Part shown: in pieces, positions 24,755 to 37,040 of the stretch
How positions within the stretch are numbered: position 1 is the first letter of the stretch
Layout of the letters: each line of letters begins with the position of its first letter
NCBI GenBank assembly: GCA_964016885.1
Contig: OZ024747.1
Span: 8,742,001-8,806,000, forward strand
From: Eledone cirrhosa
Taxonomy: Eukaryota
Length of the DNA: 64,000 bases
Direction: 5' to 3'
The notes under the pieces: model-generated
The model's input: the letters and a program-made list of their open reading frames with translations, nothing else
What the model was told of the DNA's origin: nothing
Database searches by the model: none
Position numbers and translations under genes: made by a program

Positions 24755-25225
24755 TTATGGAGGATAAGTATCTGAAAGTGTGTTAAGTTTATATGAGCTG
24801 GAAAGCAGGTGTGATTTCATGTGTGGGCAACTGGTGAACATTTTCGTCTTTGTGTTCAGGCAGGTCTTTGGTGATTTAAGATTTTGCAAGATCCAAAATT
24901 TTTCATTTATGCAAAGCGTGCATTTTCTTGTTCCTCTTGCATATTCTTTAGATTGGTTCAAAATTGACCAATCCAATTTATATTGGAGGCCTTGGTCTTT
25001 CAAATCCCAAATTCTACTAGCCAGAGCTGTTGTAAATCTTTTTTCTGGATGTCGAAAGGATACGACATGTGAGTAATAACGCGTTTTGAATTTGTCTTGC
25101 GTCATACCCACATATCGTTCACTGGTGGCTGGATGGTTGTTGCTGATGGTTGTCACTTTAGCCGCATATACAATGGCTTTGGTGTTGCATTCACTTTTGA
25201 TTCTACAGGAGCAATTTTGATTTTC
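24755..25225 (-). CDS. GIY-YIG endonuclease portion of the PLE polyprotein, in frame with RT after a TGA
   Basis: ENQNCSCRIKSECNTKAIVYAAKV...YVGMTQDKFKTRYYSH...CTLCINEK...LN...CPH. Confidence 0.85.
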   Translation of the reverse strand, partial: ENQNCSCRIKSECNTKAIVYAAKVTTISNNHPATSERYVGMTQDKFKTRYYSHVVSFRHPEKRFTTALASRIWDLKDQGLQYKLDWSILNQSKEYARGTRKCTLCINEKFWILQNLKSPKTCLNTKTKMFTSCPHMKSHLLSSSYKLNTLSDTYPP

Positions 25226-26872
25226 TCAAGGTGATTTTTTGTTGATATAGGACTTAATAGGGGGACCGCAGGAATAGCTAATTTTGACACAGTTTCTGTT
25301 AAAGATCTTATAGTATCTATGTGTTCTAGGGAAATGTTTATCTAGGAGCTCAAGGAATTTTTTGCCTACATTAGTTTTAACTGCTAGAGAGTAGGGGGGT
25401 GTGAACCAGATTATTTTTCTTTTCCTGTTTTTATGTTTAATAGAGTTAGTATAGTTGGGTATGTATTTAATCGGTTCGCTAAAACTGCTATTTTGGAGGG
25501 CTTTATTATAGTAGGGGGATGCCTTATTAAAAATAGCTTCTGAGGAAGAGAGGGTGGAGATCCTACGGCTAATATTAGGGATAAGGTTTTTAAAAACTAT
25601 AGGAGGATGGCAAGAGCCTTTATTTATATATTTTAAGTTTTCATTAGGTTTATGGTATGGTTTATAAGAAGCAGTAGGCAAATCTAGGTTTATATCTAGG
25701 AAATTTACATTGGAAAGGTTAGTGTCAATTGTAATTTTAAGATTAAAACTAGCGAAGGTTTTTATTAAGTCTTTCCTTAATCTATCTAAGTTATGGCCTA
25801 TGGTGGTATGGGAAAGTATTAGACCATCGTCGCGATAATGCCCAAAAATATGGTTAGGAAATTTTTCTTTAAGTGTGTGTAGGAGGAATAGGCCGACCAA
25901 ATCACAAACATCAGCACTGTCATAAGAGCCCATTGAGACATCGAATGGGCTCTCTGGGTTAGATATTTTTACCCAAGTGTCATTATCAGTAAAGAGTAGA
26001 GTGTTTCTAGCGTGCAAGATGACATTCTCTTCAATATCGGAGATATTAGTAAACCTTTTAACGAAATTTAAAGCTTTCGCTAAAAGGGTCTGAGTGATAG
26101 ATGGGTAGAAATCTACAATGTCAAATTGGGTGAATCTAGAACTATTTTTGTTTTTAATATTATTAAACCAATGTACTACGGAAGAGCTATTTATCCATTG
26201 GAGTAATTTAGACTTACTTCTAATGTGTGTATTTATATTATTTAAAATTTTTTTGCTGGCAAGACTAATATCAGTCTTAGCAGGGTTGATTAATCTACAA
26301 CTAGGGCGATTAATAAAGTCGGGTTTGTGATCTTTAAGGGTGATGTACGCATTACGTTTAGCAAGTTTTTCTGTCCTATTATCTATTTTTAAAGAAACAG
26401 CTAAATCTTTAGCTTCCTTATTTATATTACGATACGTGTTTATATTAGCTATATGGTATTTAGAGGTGATATTATCTATTAATAGTTGGTCGTATAAATT
26501 ATTGTTAACTTCATATAGGTTTATAGTTTTATCGGAGAAGATGAACTTATTGTTAGAAGATTTGAATGTTGAAATATCATTAGATAGTTTAGATTGAAAC
26601 GGGTTAGAGTACTTACGAAAATTGATATTGGTGATTAGGTTAACTAGGTCTAATTCAAAAGCGGTCATATCTTTTACTCTTTGCGGGTATTTATGAGTTT
26701 TGATGTCAAAATATTCCGTAGAATCCGTGTTAAAGTGTCCATCGAGAATCAAAGCTTTCCATCTCATTCTTTTAACAACCTTCTCTACTTTGTCTATCAG
26801 TATTTTCGTGTAGAGAGTGTTAGAAGGTGTTGGGATATTCTTTACAGAGTAATCCAAAGGGTATCTATCCAT
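25226..26872 (-). CDS. Penelope-like reverse transcriptase, 548 aa
   Basis: YSVKNIP..KRMRWKA N-terminus, DKT, FDIVDFYPSI, MGSYDSA, YRDDG, NFLDI and KP motifs. Confidence 0.93.
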   Translation of the reverse strand: MDRYPLDYSVKNIPTPSNTLYTKILIDKVEKVVKRMRWKALILDGHFNTDSTEYFDIKTHKYPQRVKDMTAFELDLVNLITNINFRKYSNPFQSKLSNDISTFKSSNNKFIFSDKTINLYEVNNNLYDQLLIDNITSKYHIANINTYRNINKEAKDLAVSLKIDNRTEKLAKRNAYITLKDHKPDFINRPSCRLINPAKTDISLASKKILNNINTHIRSKSKLLQWINSSSVVHWFNNIKNKNSSRFTQFDIVDFYPSITQTLLAKALNFVKRFTNISDIEENVILHARNTLLFTDNDTWVKISNPESPFDVSMGSYDSADVCDLVGLFLLHTLKEKFPNHIFGHYRDDGLILSHTTIGHNLDRLRKDLIKTFASFNLKITIDTNLSNVNFLDINLDLPTASYKPYHKPNENLKYINKGSCHPPIVFKNLIPNISRRISTLSSSEAIFNKASPYYNKALQNSSFSEPIKYIPNYTNSIKHKNRKRKIIWFTPPYSLAVKTNVGKKFLELLDKHFPRTHRYYKIFNRNCVKISYSCGPPIKSYINKKSP

Positions 26873-27444
26873 GTTCAGTATTGGTTTAAAATCCTATGAC
26901 TGAAGAGTGCTCGACTTTAAAAGGGCTGGAAGGTGCCAATCTCATAAAGATGCTCCCTCCAGTGATGTTCCAGTATGGTCTGTCTAATAACTGAAACAAG
27001 TAAAAGTATGTGTAGATATAAGAACATGCACTAGTTAATCATGATATACAAAACCCAATTTCAATGCCAAATATGCTATCCTTATTATAATAGTAGTAGT
27101 AATAGTAGCAGCAGCAGCAGCAACCAGACCAATAATAATAATAATCCAAATATAATCTCAAAGAAACTATCTAAATATTAAGATCTAAAGATAGAAATAA
27201 CCTGAATGAGATGATGAGAACAGAAGCAATCCTTATAATAACTTACTCTGGAAATAAGAAAAAAAAACCAGACAAATACATGACCAAAACCCCAGGACTT
27301 ACAATATACAACATATAGGAAAAAACACTACTAGGCACTGCATACATATTACAAAGAGTGCACATACCCAAGGCTCACAAAGCTGTGCTCAGTAATGCAG
27401 TGACAACATGTAATGAAAATAAGTCTAATGATGATATTTCTATC

Positions 27445-27645
27445 TAATATAGGCACAAGGCCAGCAATTTGGGGGAAAAGGAAAGTTGATTATATCAACC
27501 CCAGTAATTGACTGGTACTTTATTTTATTGGCCCCTAAAAGAATGAAAGGCAAAGTTGATTTCAATAGGATTTGAACTCAGTACAAACAGATCAGTAACA
27601 AATGTTGCCCAACATTGTAACAATTCTGTTAATCCACTGACCTAA
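27445..27645 (-). mobile_element. tRNA-derived SINE
   Basis: aggcacaaggccagcaattt...ctggtactttatttt...atgaaaggcaaagttga...ggatttgaactcag. Confidence 0.78.
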
Positions 27646-30600
27646 GATTGATGATGATGATAATAATTCTTTCTGGTATTAGCACAAGGCTAGCAATTTG
27701 AGGAAAAGGGAAAAGTCGATTATATTGTAAAACTGTAAAAAGAGATGGAATGATAATATGTCATATTTCACCAACTCATATACAAGTTCTCGGTTACGAC
27801 AACAGCTGCCCGTAAATGAATAGACTACATTCACACTTTTCCTATATATAGTAGAGATTTATTTCAATAAAGTATTTGATGAATATATCTTCCTATATAA
27901 ATGTTTCCTTGAAACAGATACAAATAATGTTTATTCTTCACACTCAGCTTTTTTTTATCATGTTTATCACAAGATCTTGTCATTAAAGATAGGAATGGCA
28001 CTGACATAGAAGAAATAAGTGAAACAAATGTTGTATTATGTGATAAAAAAATACATTCACATATTTACTTCAGAGTTGGGCTAGATCTTATAATGAAGAC
28101 ACTTATTCAGTTTATGAATATATTAACACTGAAAGTCATTCCAGAGTAATTTGGGTTAACTCTTTTGATACCAAACTGCCCGAAACCGCCTCTGATTCAG
28201 AACTGTTTATCATCATCATCATCACTGTTTAACGCCTACTTTCCATGCTTGCATGGGTTATGAAGCTAGAGAAATCACTTAACCACACCTTGCTCATACA
28301 GTTTTTTTTAGCTTGGTTGTTTATGGCTGGATGCTCTTCCTAATTACAACCACCTTTACAGAATAGACTAGGTACTATTTGCCATAGCACCAGCATGGCT
28401 TTTTTACAGGGTAGACTTGGTGCTTTTTGTCATGGCACAAGCATGACCCCCTCACAGGATTGACTGGGTGTGTTTTATCATGTCACCAGTGCTACCCATT
28501 ATGACATTTTGGTGCTCCTTGTGTTCTTGCTGGGGAAGCAATGACAAGAGTAGGCCAATGGTATGTGTAAAACAAGAGAGCAAGAGTCAGGCTACATGTG
28601 TCTTGATAGAGGAAGGGGCGTGGAGCACCCCACGTATTTATCTAAAAACCTTTTTCACTAGCTAGGACCTCTTATTTAAATGAATTTTCCAACAGAAACT
28701 TATTATACAGTGATAACAATCAAGAGAGAAATGTTTAGTTAGAGAATACCCAATAGTGTGTGTGAGGATTATATTTTTTGTTTCTACTTTAGGCACAAGG
28801 CCAACAATTATCCAGTGTATTACTGGTACTTTATTTTATCGACCCCGTAAGGATGAAAGGCAAAGTCAACCTCGGCGGGATTATAAATATAATCCTCGGT
28901 GTGAGGATTATATTTTTAATAAAGTATTTGATTTGTTATACAATCTATATTGTGTTGTTTTTTTATTGGCAGTATCAATATATATTGTACTAAAGTACAA
29001 CTTTAGAGATTGCCATCTTAGGATGTTGTTAAAAGGACTATACTGTCGTGGTCGGAATGCTTTTGATCTGAAGTCTGCCTGATCACAGTTGAACTAAGGT
29101 CTAACCACAACAGGTTAGATTTTAAAACAAACATTTAATATTTTATTAAACTATGACACACAAACATAAGATAATTGGTATCATCTGAAGTTTATAATTA
29201 CATATCATCATCATCGTTTTAACGTCCGCTTTCCCTGCTAGCAATGGTTGGACGGGTTTACATAGATCAAGTCTGTACTGAAGTGGTGGCTACTAATGTC
29301 CTAGACAAACCAGGGATCTGTCGTCTCGCGTTCTACGGACTGCACAATTATTTATCAAAATAATTCTTAATGTCCTGTATTGCATGAAACCACATTAGCA
29401 AAATATTCCGGAAAAGTAGAGTACAGCACCATGACTGCATCGCATTAAAAATTGAAGTGTTTATTCTAAAACTCAAAATTTTCCCTATGAACATTTGAAT
29501 TAACCCATTTTAAAAATATTTTCTGCTAAATCATACAGGGTGTTTAAGAAATAATTCTGCGAATTTTAAAATTATCCTTCGTTATCATTAAATACAACCT
29601 CTAAATGCTTAGCGACTACTAAAGCTTGTGTTGTGTTTACCTAAGACAAAGGATCACCCACATTTTAATCAGCTAATTAACAATTATAAAATACTTCGGT
29701 GTTTCTCTAGAATAACTCCTCCCCCTTTCCCCGATAAATACTTATTTTTGAGCCCTCATTAAAATAATTGTTTCTACTTTTGGCACAAGGCCAGCACAAT
29801 TACCCAGTGTATTACTGATTAAAATAATGTTTACCGCATAGTCATTTCAATTTCTATGGCAGAAGTTGTTTATGTGGAGATAGGAATTTGAGGATTTTCC
29901 ATTGGAATAAGTTCATTTGGATCACATTATTGTTTTATTTATACTATTTTATAATTGAGAGGGGGGGGGGGCTATTTTGGAGATTGGAATAAATTAACTT
30001 AAGATTATATTAGGGTTTTAATTATATTAATTTATGATGAAGGGCTATTCTAGAGAAACATCCCAAATGTTCCACAATCCCTCACCAATTCACTTTCATT
30101 TTAGCCGTACCAACAACGAAAGATTACCAGGCAAAGATTGATTATCAAATAAAAAATTACAAAACAAAACATAAAAGAATAGTTCGTGTCAAAATTTAAT
30201 TCCTGTTCTTATACTTTGTCACATTTCTAAATCACATAATCTGCGATCTGTTCAATAAATCAGTGAACTTATATCCAATTTTTAATTATAAATAATACTG
30301 ATATAGAAATGGTTAAACTATAAAAAATGTAATGGAAGATATGTATGGAATGTTTTAATAGGGATAAATATTATCGATAGTCCGTAAAACGAGAGAAAGC
30401 TGTTGCATTTTAATGCGTATTTAGTTTTTTTTAATGTTTTTTTTTCACATTTTTACTATATATGTAATAAACGATAAGACCATTAATTTTACTACACAAC
30501 GTATCAACTAAGAAAACAAAATTTGAAATTTTAACCCGAACCACCATAAAAAATAAATAGATGAAAAAAAATCAATGTAGATTAAAAAAAAATTTCAGAG

Positions 30601-33009
30601 ATTGTATAAGAATTAACATAAAAAAAAACGTTTTCTTTAAATTTACGTACAGAAAAATACATGTGTACAGTAATGGAGAAGGATTTGAAGAGACAGAGAA
30701 AAAATCTGTATCAATTAAAAGTAAATCACATTTTATCTTAATCAGTGTTGAAATAAGATGCTTAGTCGCGGCTAAAAAATGTCGACAGGGGCTGATTTCC
30801 AGGATATTTTTCTACTCACGTCTTTTTTTTATTTTTTATACATATATCCAAGGAACGTTGGAAATTTTTTTTCAATTTTTCAACGTTAGCAAGTAGGAAG
30901 AACAATTAAGTCGGTGTGACCGGTGTAAATGTCCAAATTTAGTAAATACCACAAGTTTTTTCCCAAGAATTCGTCTTTAAGTAAAACAAAACTGCATTAG
31001 AATCGTCAAATTCTAATTAAAAACGTTAGTATCTTTTTTTTAAGAAGTGTTTAAAAAAAAATGTTAAAGTATATTTTAGCAAATTTTCTATTTGAAACGG
31101 ACCGAATTCTATGGTGCTTTCTAATTGCCTCCCTTGATCTATATTTTCTCAGTTGACATATATCCTCCCCTTTTCTTAACTTGTCTATCAACACCCCTCC
31201 TACTCCTCTTACCGCCTGATCCTTAATTGAAGTTCCAACTTATAAGTGAGGTAAGTGCTGCAACAGATAAACCCTATTATACTTCAACAACAACCTGTTG
31301 CTTAATTACTTCATTTGCTAAATTAGTTATTTTGATTTATTTCTATTAATATCTTTTATTTTCTTTCTTTATCAGTCTTCTATTATTAGTATTGATATTA
31401 TTATTGTTGTTATTATTAAGTTTTACTTTTAGAAAGATTAGTAATTGTGTCATCGCGAAACATTTGTCAGGTTAATCTGATCTGTGACGGCCTATGACAT
31501 GAAAGCATCCATCTCGCTCGAGCCAATATCACAACCACTCTTTCTACTTTGATACACAACTCTCAGATTCACATACCAAATAAGCAAATTTCGATTAAAT
31601 CGATCGAAATATCAACTAATTTTAGTATTTTATTTAATCTAACAATATCCACTTTCTTTTATTGTTTTTCCTTTTTCGAGATAGAGGGAGAGGATGTGGG
31701 AGAATAAAAAAGGATGGAAAATATATTTTAAGAAAAAATTGATTTAAATTTCAAGAGAAAAATAAATACTTATAAAGTTTCTTTTATATTCGTAGGAAAT
31801 AAATGTTTATTCTCAATACATGTGTTTCACTCACAAAGTTGGCTTAACAAAACATTGATAATTACATAAATATGAAATAGAAAGAGATAAAAACAAAATT
31901 AAGTAATGAGGGGAAGGGGGTAAAGAAGGACAGATCTGACTATAGGAAAGTAATGTGATGGAATTTATTTGAAATTTTTAAAAATATATTTAACTTAACA
32001 CCTTTAAATATCTGATGCTGAATTCAATAAAGGTAATATTATCTTGTAATTAAACTTACGTATTCTTTTCTTTTTTAATCTGGAAAACATTTAAAATACA
32101 ATTATTTAGATTGTCTTGGTTATAAACAAATTAAATAAAAAGTTTAAATTGATTTTGTTGTTTTTAGTTTGCTTTTTTTAGTTATTATTTTATTTATAAC
32201 TCTGATGAAACGTAAAGTTATTAACAACTTAAATATCAAAATGTGTAAATATCGGAATATTTTACATTTATCCATTTCTTCCATAACATCTTTTAAATTA
32301 AATCGAATAGTAATACTTTTTTATTAATCTATTGCTATTTTCAATCATTTGTTTCAAATCTTTTCAAAATCAAGTATGGGCCACATTCAAAAGCTGTTAT
32401 ATTTTTTAATAAGAAATATGTGAAAGGCTTAATGATTTTATTCTGCTAAGTGGAACCTAGTTCAACGTTGTTGTATGTTGTTAATATGTACTTGGTTTAT
32501 GAATGCGATATTACATAATAATTTCGGGATGGGATGGATCCAAACTCCAGCTATCACATTACCTTACATTTGTTCTTATATCAATGCCTTCTCTTCAGAA
32601 TTGTTTTGAAAGAGAGCATTCACTTCCCTTCTATAATAGCTTTAGAAGCTACCGTTTCTTAGTAATATCTACTCTTATTGATTGTTATCCCACGTTTTCT
32701 TAACTACCCCTACATTAATCACCAACCACCCACACTCGGTATGAAGAGGTACAGTATCCATTAGAGACCCATGGCAAAAGACCCTTGACTTATACTTCAT
32801 CAGGTAAATTATATTTCATAATATTAACTATTAAAAACTATACAAAGATTTTTTTTTACCTTTTACTGTTTTATTTTTTACTATGTGGAGGTTTCGAGCT
32901 GTAGAAGTAGGGATCTTAATCCATTAAGAGGTTTTTTTGTCCGTACCCCTTCCATTAGCGTCAAATATAAATAAAATAGCTCACTCTAGGGGATATCTAA
33001 AATCTACAA

Positions 33010-33160
33010 ACAAAGAAGATGACTCTGATATCATCAGCCAAGTGATTGGGAGAGGGTAAAGACAAGCAGAGGAGAATGAAAGTTGCAGGTTACTCAAAGT
33101 AATCAAGGGGAGATAGCAAGTGATCTTGTTCTGTGGAAACCATTAGATGGATACACAAAC
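33010..33160 (+). pseudogene. RTE LINE 3' ORF remnant
   Basis: RRMKVAG...EIASDLVLWKPLDG resembles the RTE C-terminus; a similar remnant is at ~63400-63660 (-). Confidence 0.45.
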
Positions 33161-33429
33161 AGACTTAGACTTAGGAGCTCCTGCATCTTGAGACACATGA
33201 GGCAGCCAAAGTGCTCCAATGACCGCGGCCAGTCGCATCTACCAATACATCGTTCCAACTTTTGTTGACAGGTTTCAGGTCCTTGTTGATTGTCTGTCGC
33301 TAGTTCATCTTGGGACGTCCTCTTCACTTCTTTCCATGGGGTTACCAATACAGGACCTGGTTAGCATGTCTCTCACTTGGGAACGGGGGTAAAAGAAAAA
33401 GAAATTACATTCTGGTATATACCGGAGTG

Positions 33430-34515
33430 AATAGTGTAGGGGAGCTCAGAACGTTGATGATGGATATAGAGCTTTATTTTCTGAGTACAAATTCCATCGA
33501 GATCAACTTTGTTTTATCATCTTTCCAAGGTTGATAAAATAAAGTACCAGTCAAATACTTGAGTTAATTTAACAGTTTTTCACCTCCCCTAAAATTGTCG
33601 ATCTTGTGCCTAAATAAGAAACCATTATTTGGATTGGCAGTATCGGTAGAGGGTCGGACGCCATGCTTTGCAGCATAGAGTTACGGTTCTTTATGATCTG
33701 AGTTCAAATCCCGCCGACGAGGTTAACTTTGCCTTTCATCCTTATGGGGTCGATAAAATAAAGTACCAGTCACGCACTGGGGTCGATTTAATCGACTTTC
33801 CCCTCCCCCCAAATTACTGGCCTTGTGCCTATATAAGAAACCATTATTTACTCCGTGGGCAGTGAATTATCAAAATCATTACAGCTTGGTACAAAATACG
33901 CTGCAGCATATAGTCCAACACTCTAATTGCTTTTCATCCTTTCAATAAAATAAAGTACCAGTCACGTAATGGGGTCGACGTAATCGACTTTTCCCTCCCC
34001 ACAATCGGTTATCCAAATTAGCTGGTAGCAAATCAACACTCAGTAATATCTGTTAACACTGATATATCTCAAATTTACAAACAAAAGTCCTATAAAACTA
34101 TGCAGTTGCACTCTGTGTCAGTAAAGATTAGTACTTACAAACGCATCCAAATTTACGAATATTTACAGCAGAAGTTCCCAACTTTGGATCCACAAAGGTA
34201 ATGATTGGATTTTGTGAGCTGCTAAGTTCAAAATTTCAAGTACTTTGTAAAAACATAACATACATCCACTATTGGGTATTCATTCTTCTTTAAGGTTCCG
34301 TTACAGTTTTGGGGTTGGAGGAGCTTGGCAGTATCGGTAGAGCGTTAGACACTATTCTTTGTTGCATAGAATTATCGCCCTTTACATTCTGAGTTCAAAT
34401 CCCGTCGAGATTAGCTTTGCCTTTCATCCTTACGGGGTCGATAAAATAAAGTACTAGTAATACATTTAATCGACTTCATCGACTTTCCTTCCCCCTTCAA
34501 ATTGCTGGCCTTGAG
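33430..34515 (+). mobile_element. Cluster of four co-oriented tRNA-SINE copies (~33430-33625, 33630-33845, 33860-34000, 34325-34515)
   Basis: A-box-like tggcagtatcggtagag, B box gagttcaaatcc and shared body. Confidence 0.85.
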
Positions 34516-35702
34516 TGTTAACATTTCTTTCTTTGAATTGTGACAATTTTAAATAGTTATAAACAATCTGCGCACCTAATTTTATTCTCGGCAATTTGAT
34601 AGGGGAATAATTGAATCAAAGGGTCAGTGGGAAAATTCGTTTTGATAAAAGGAGACCTTGATAGTGAAAAGGTTGAGAATGACTGATGTAGAGTTAGTAA
34701 AATTAGATTTACAAAATTAGTAGCTCGACTAAACATCTTTTAATTAAAATTGCCTAAACAAAGTTCGGTTTTATTTCCGATTGTTGCACATTCAAATCAC
34801 TGAAACTAATACTATTGATCTGTTAATGGATGTCTTCCATAATGAAAGAACGAACAATTAACTATAATTAATCTCTGAGAATGATGATGGTGGTGGTGGT
34901 GATTGTTGCCGTTGGCCCCAGGTCAGTTGTTATTAAGGCAGTCTATGACCATTCCACCTTTTCCTTCAACACGCATTAAGTATATTTAATTCCTTTTTTT
35001 GGTTTAAATTTTGGTTTTCTTTTTTTAAGACTGAGATATTTAGCAATTATTTCTCGTAAGTCAAGCGACGCCTTAGAAGCTCCTTCGTTGGCTCGTGGGT
35101 GGTGTAGCTGTCGTGTAGCCAGCCCTACGTTAGCCTTGATCCAGAGGTCCTATGGCATGAAGGCCGTACGACCCGTCACAACACAATCAGACCATGTATG
35201 TCTATACTATATGCTCCAACTGGACGTGTTGCACTCTCTCCATTGTCCAGCAGTGGCAAATTAAGGAAACGCGGTTAACTGGGTTATAGATAAGAGCCCT
35301 ACAATATTTAATTGTCTATCATAAATACTACGCAAGAGCCCCTGTTAAAATTTTCATAATGACGATGATAACGATGACGATAAGAGTGACTGTTTATGAA
35401 ATATATGCCAGCCTGCGGTCTGAAATCCGAACATCTTTAAAATGAACTCTTTATCTCGGTCATAGGATTGTTTAGAGCGATTTCGTGGAAAACGGAACAA
35501 TCATTTTAGTTTCAACGTCGTATCTGGCGGCGATATTACATTGATACTAAAATTTCTTCAGAACTAATCGAGTATCATAATTAGTGTATTATTAGTTCTA
35601 TTTTAGGTTACTGTTGACGACAATTTCTTTGAAGTGCCGACTCGTTTGTCAAATCCTTTTTTTTATGTCAGAATCTGGTCTCCCCCTCTCTCGCTCAATA
35701 TA

Positions 35703-36046
35703 CAGGGTGGACCTTAAGTCGCATACCAAAGCATAAATTGTCTTAACGTATTAACTGTATTGATAAAGAACTGAATTATCGCTTACATTTAATTTAATTA
35801 CAATTGTCTTTTAGTGTTGAGGATCGCCTCTATCTCCTGAGACAAAACGGAGGTAGAGGAACGGCCAAGCGTGAGCTGTCGTGTAAAATATCAACCATTG
35901 GACTCAATCAGTACCTTAAAATCAAAAATGATAGGAGGATGAAAATGATACCTTTGTTATTTCAATATGATTTTTGTTATTAATACAGTGCAATGTAATG
36001 TATACTTGTTTTTAATGCTTTGGTGCGTGACTTACGGCCCACCCTG
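35703..36046. mobile_element. Tc1/mariner-type MITE
   Basis: TA TSD; 32-bp TIRs cagggtggaccttaagtcgcataccaaagcat / atgctttggtgcgtgacttacggcccaccctg. Confidence 0.88.
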
Positions 36047-36297
36047 TATATGTCTATTCATGAAATGGTATTTTTATTTTATTTTATTGTTTTGGCTCGC
36101 CAACATACCATAGTAACTGTGTCTAGTCTCGATGTTTCCTGTGTAAGGTTGATAATTTGTAAAGTTTCATACGTTTCTTCTGAGATGCTGTTGGATAGCA
36201 GTATGGTGAAGAGCAGTGACAAACGCAGGCTGACGTTGTTTCTATTATCTTCATCCAGTTTGTGTCTGTTATTAATAGAAGGCTTTAGTCTATTAAT

Positions 36298-37040
36298 AAT
36301 TGTTTCTACTTTTGGCACAAGGCCAGCAATTATTCCAGTGTATTACTGGTACTTTATTTAATCGACCCCGTAAGGATGAAAGGCAAAGTTAACCTCGGTG
36401 GGATTTGAACTCAGAATGGCAAGGGCCATAACTCTATGCTTGGCGTCCGACCCTCTACCGATGCTGCCAATCCACTTGCCTCTTAGATTCTTAACTTACC
36501 GATGTTTCACTTATTGGACTCGATTGTGACCTTAATGTCTTGGAGATGTCATTTCTGCGTTCAAATCCCGCCGAGGTTAGCTTTGCCTTTCATCCTTACG
36601 GGGTCGATAAAATAAAGCACCAGTAATACACTGGGTCGATTTAATCGTTTCGCCCCGCCCCTTCAAATTGCTGGCCTTGTGCTTAAAGTAGAAACAATTA
36701 TTATTATTATTAAAATTACACATTTCCCATTCTCGCTGGCTTCATTTTTAACTACATAGCAATTTTCCAATTTTACCAAATGAAATGTAAGGTCTTTAGT
36801 AGTTTTTTGTATTATAACTCAAAATAAAACAATAAAAATAGATGTATATAATGATTTTTACTATAGGCACAAGGCCAGCAATTGTTTTTTTCGACTCCAT
36901 TGTATTACTGGTACTTTATTTATCGACTATGTAAGGATGAAAGACAAAGCTAACCTCGGCGGGATTTGAACTCAGAACGTAAAGCGCCGCAATTCTATGC
37001 CATAAAGCAGGGTGTCTGATGCTCTACCGATTCTGCCAAT
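36298..37040. mobile_element. Three SINE copies in alternating orientation (36298-36475 -, 36555-36697 +, 36858-37040 -)
   Basis: Direct matches to the SINE consensus on alternate strands. Confidence 0.85.

Larger units (their letters stand above)
23502..26900 (-). mobile_element. Penelope-like retroelement (probably Naiad-type): ORF, long 3' UTR and 3' pseudo-LTR ending at (TA)n
   Basis: RT plus GIY-YIG ORFs, co-oriented hammerhead at 23603-23680, (TA)n at 23447-23501; 5' boundary uncertain. Confidence 0.88.

Noticed and set aside
32195-32222. ataact-CTGATGAAACGTA-aagttat, resembling a hammerhead with stem II deleted
   Set aside because: No stem II and no pLTR or TA context; plausible by chance in AT-rich DNA
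33630-33720. Possible tRNA genes at A/B-box motifs
   Set aside because: No cloverleaf; they continue into the multi-copy SINE body
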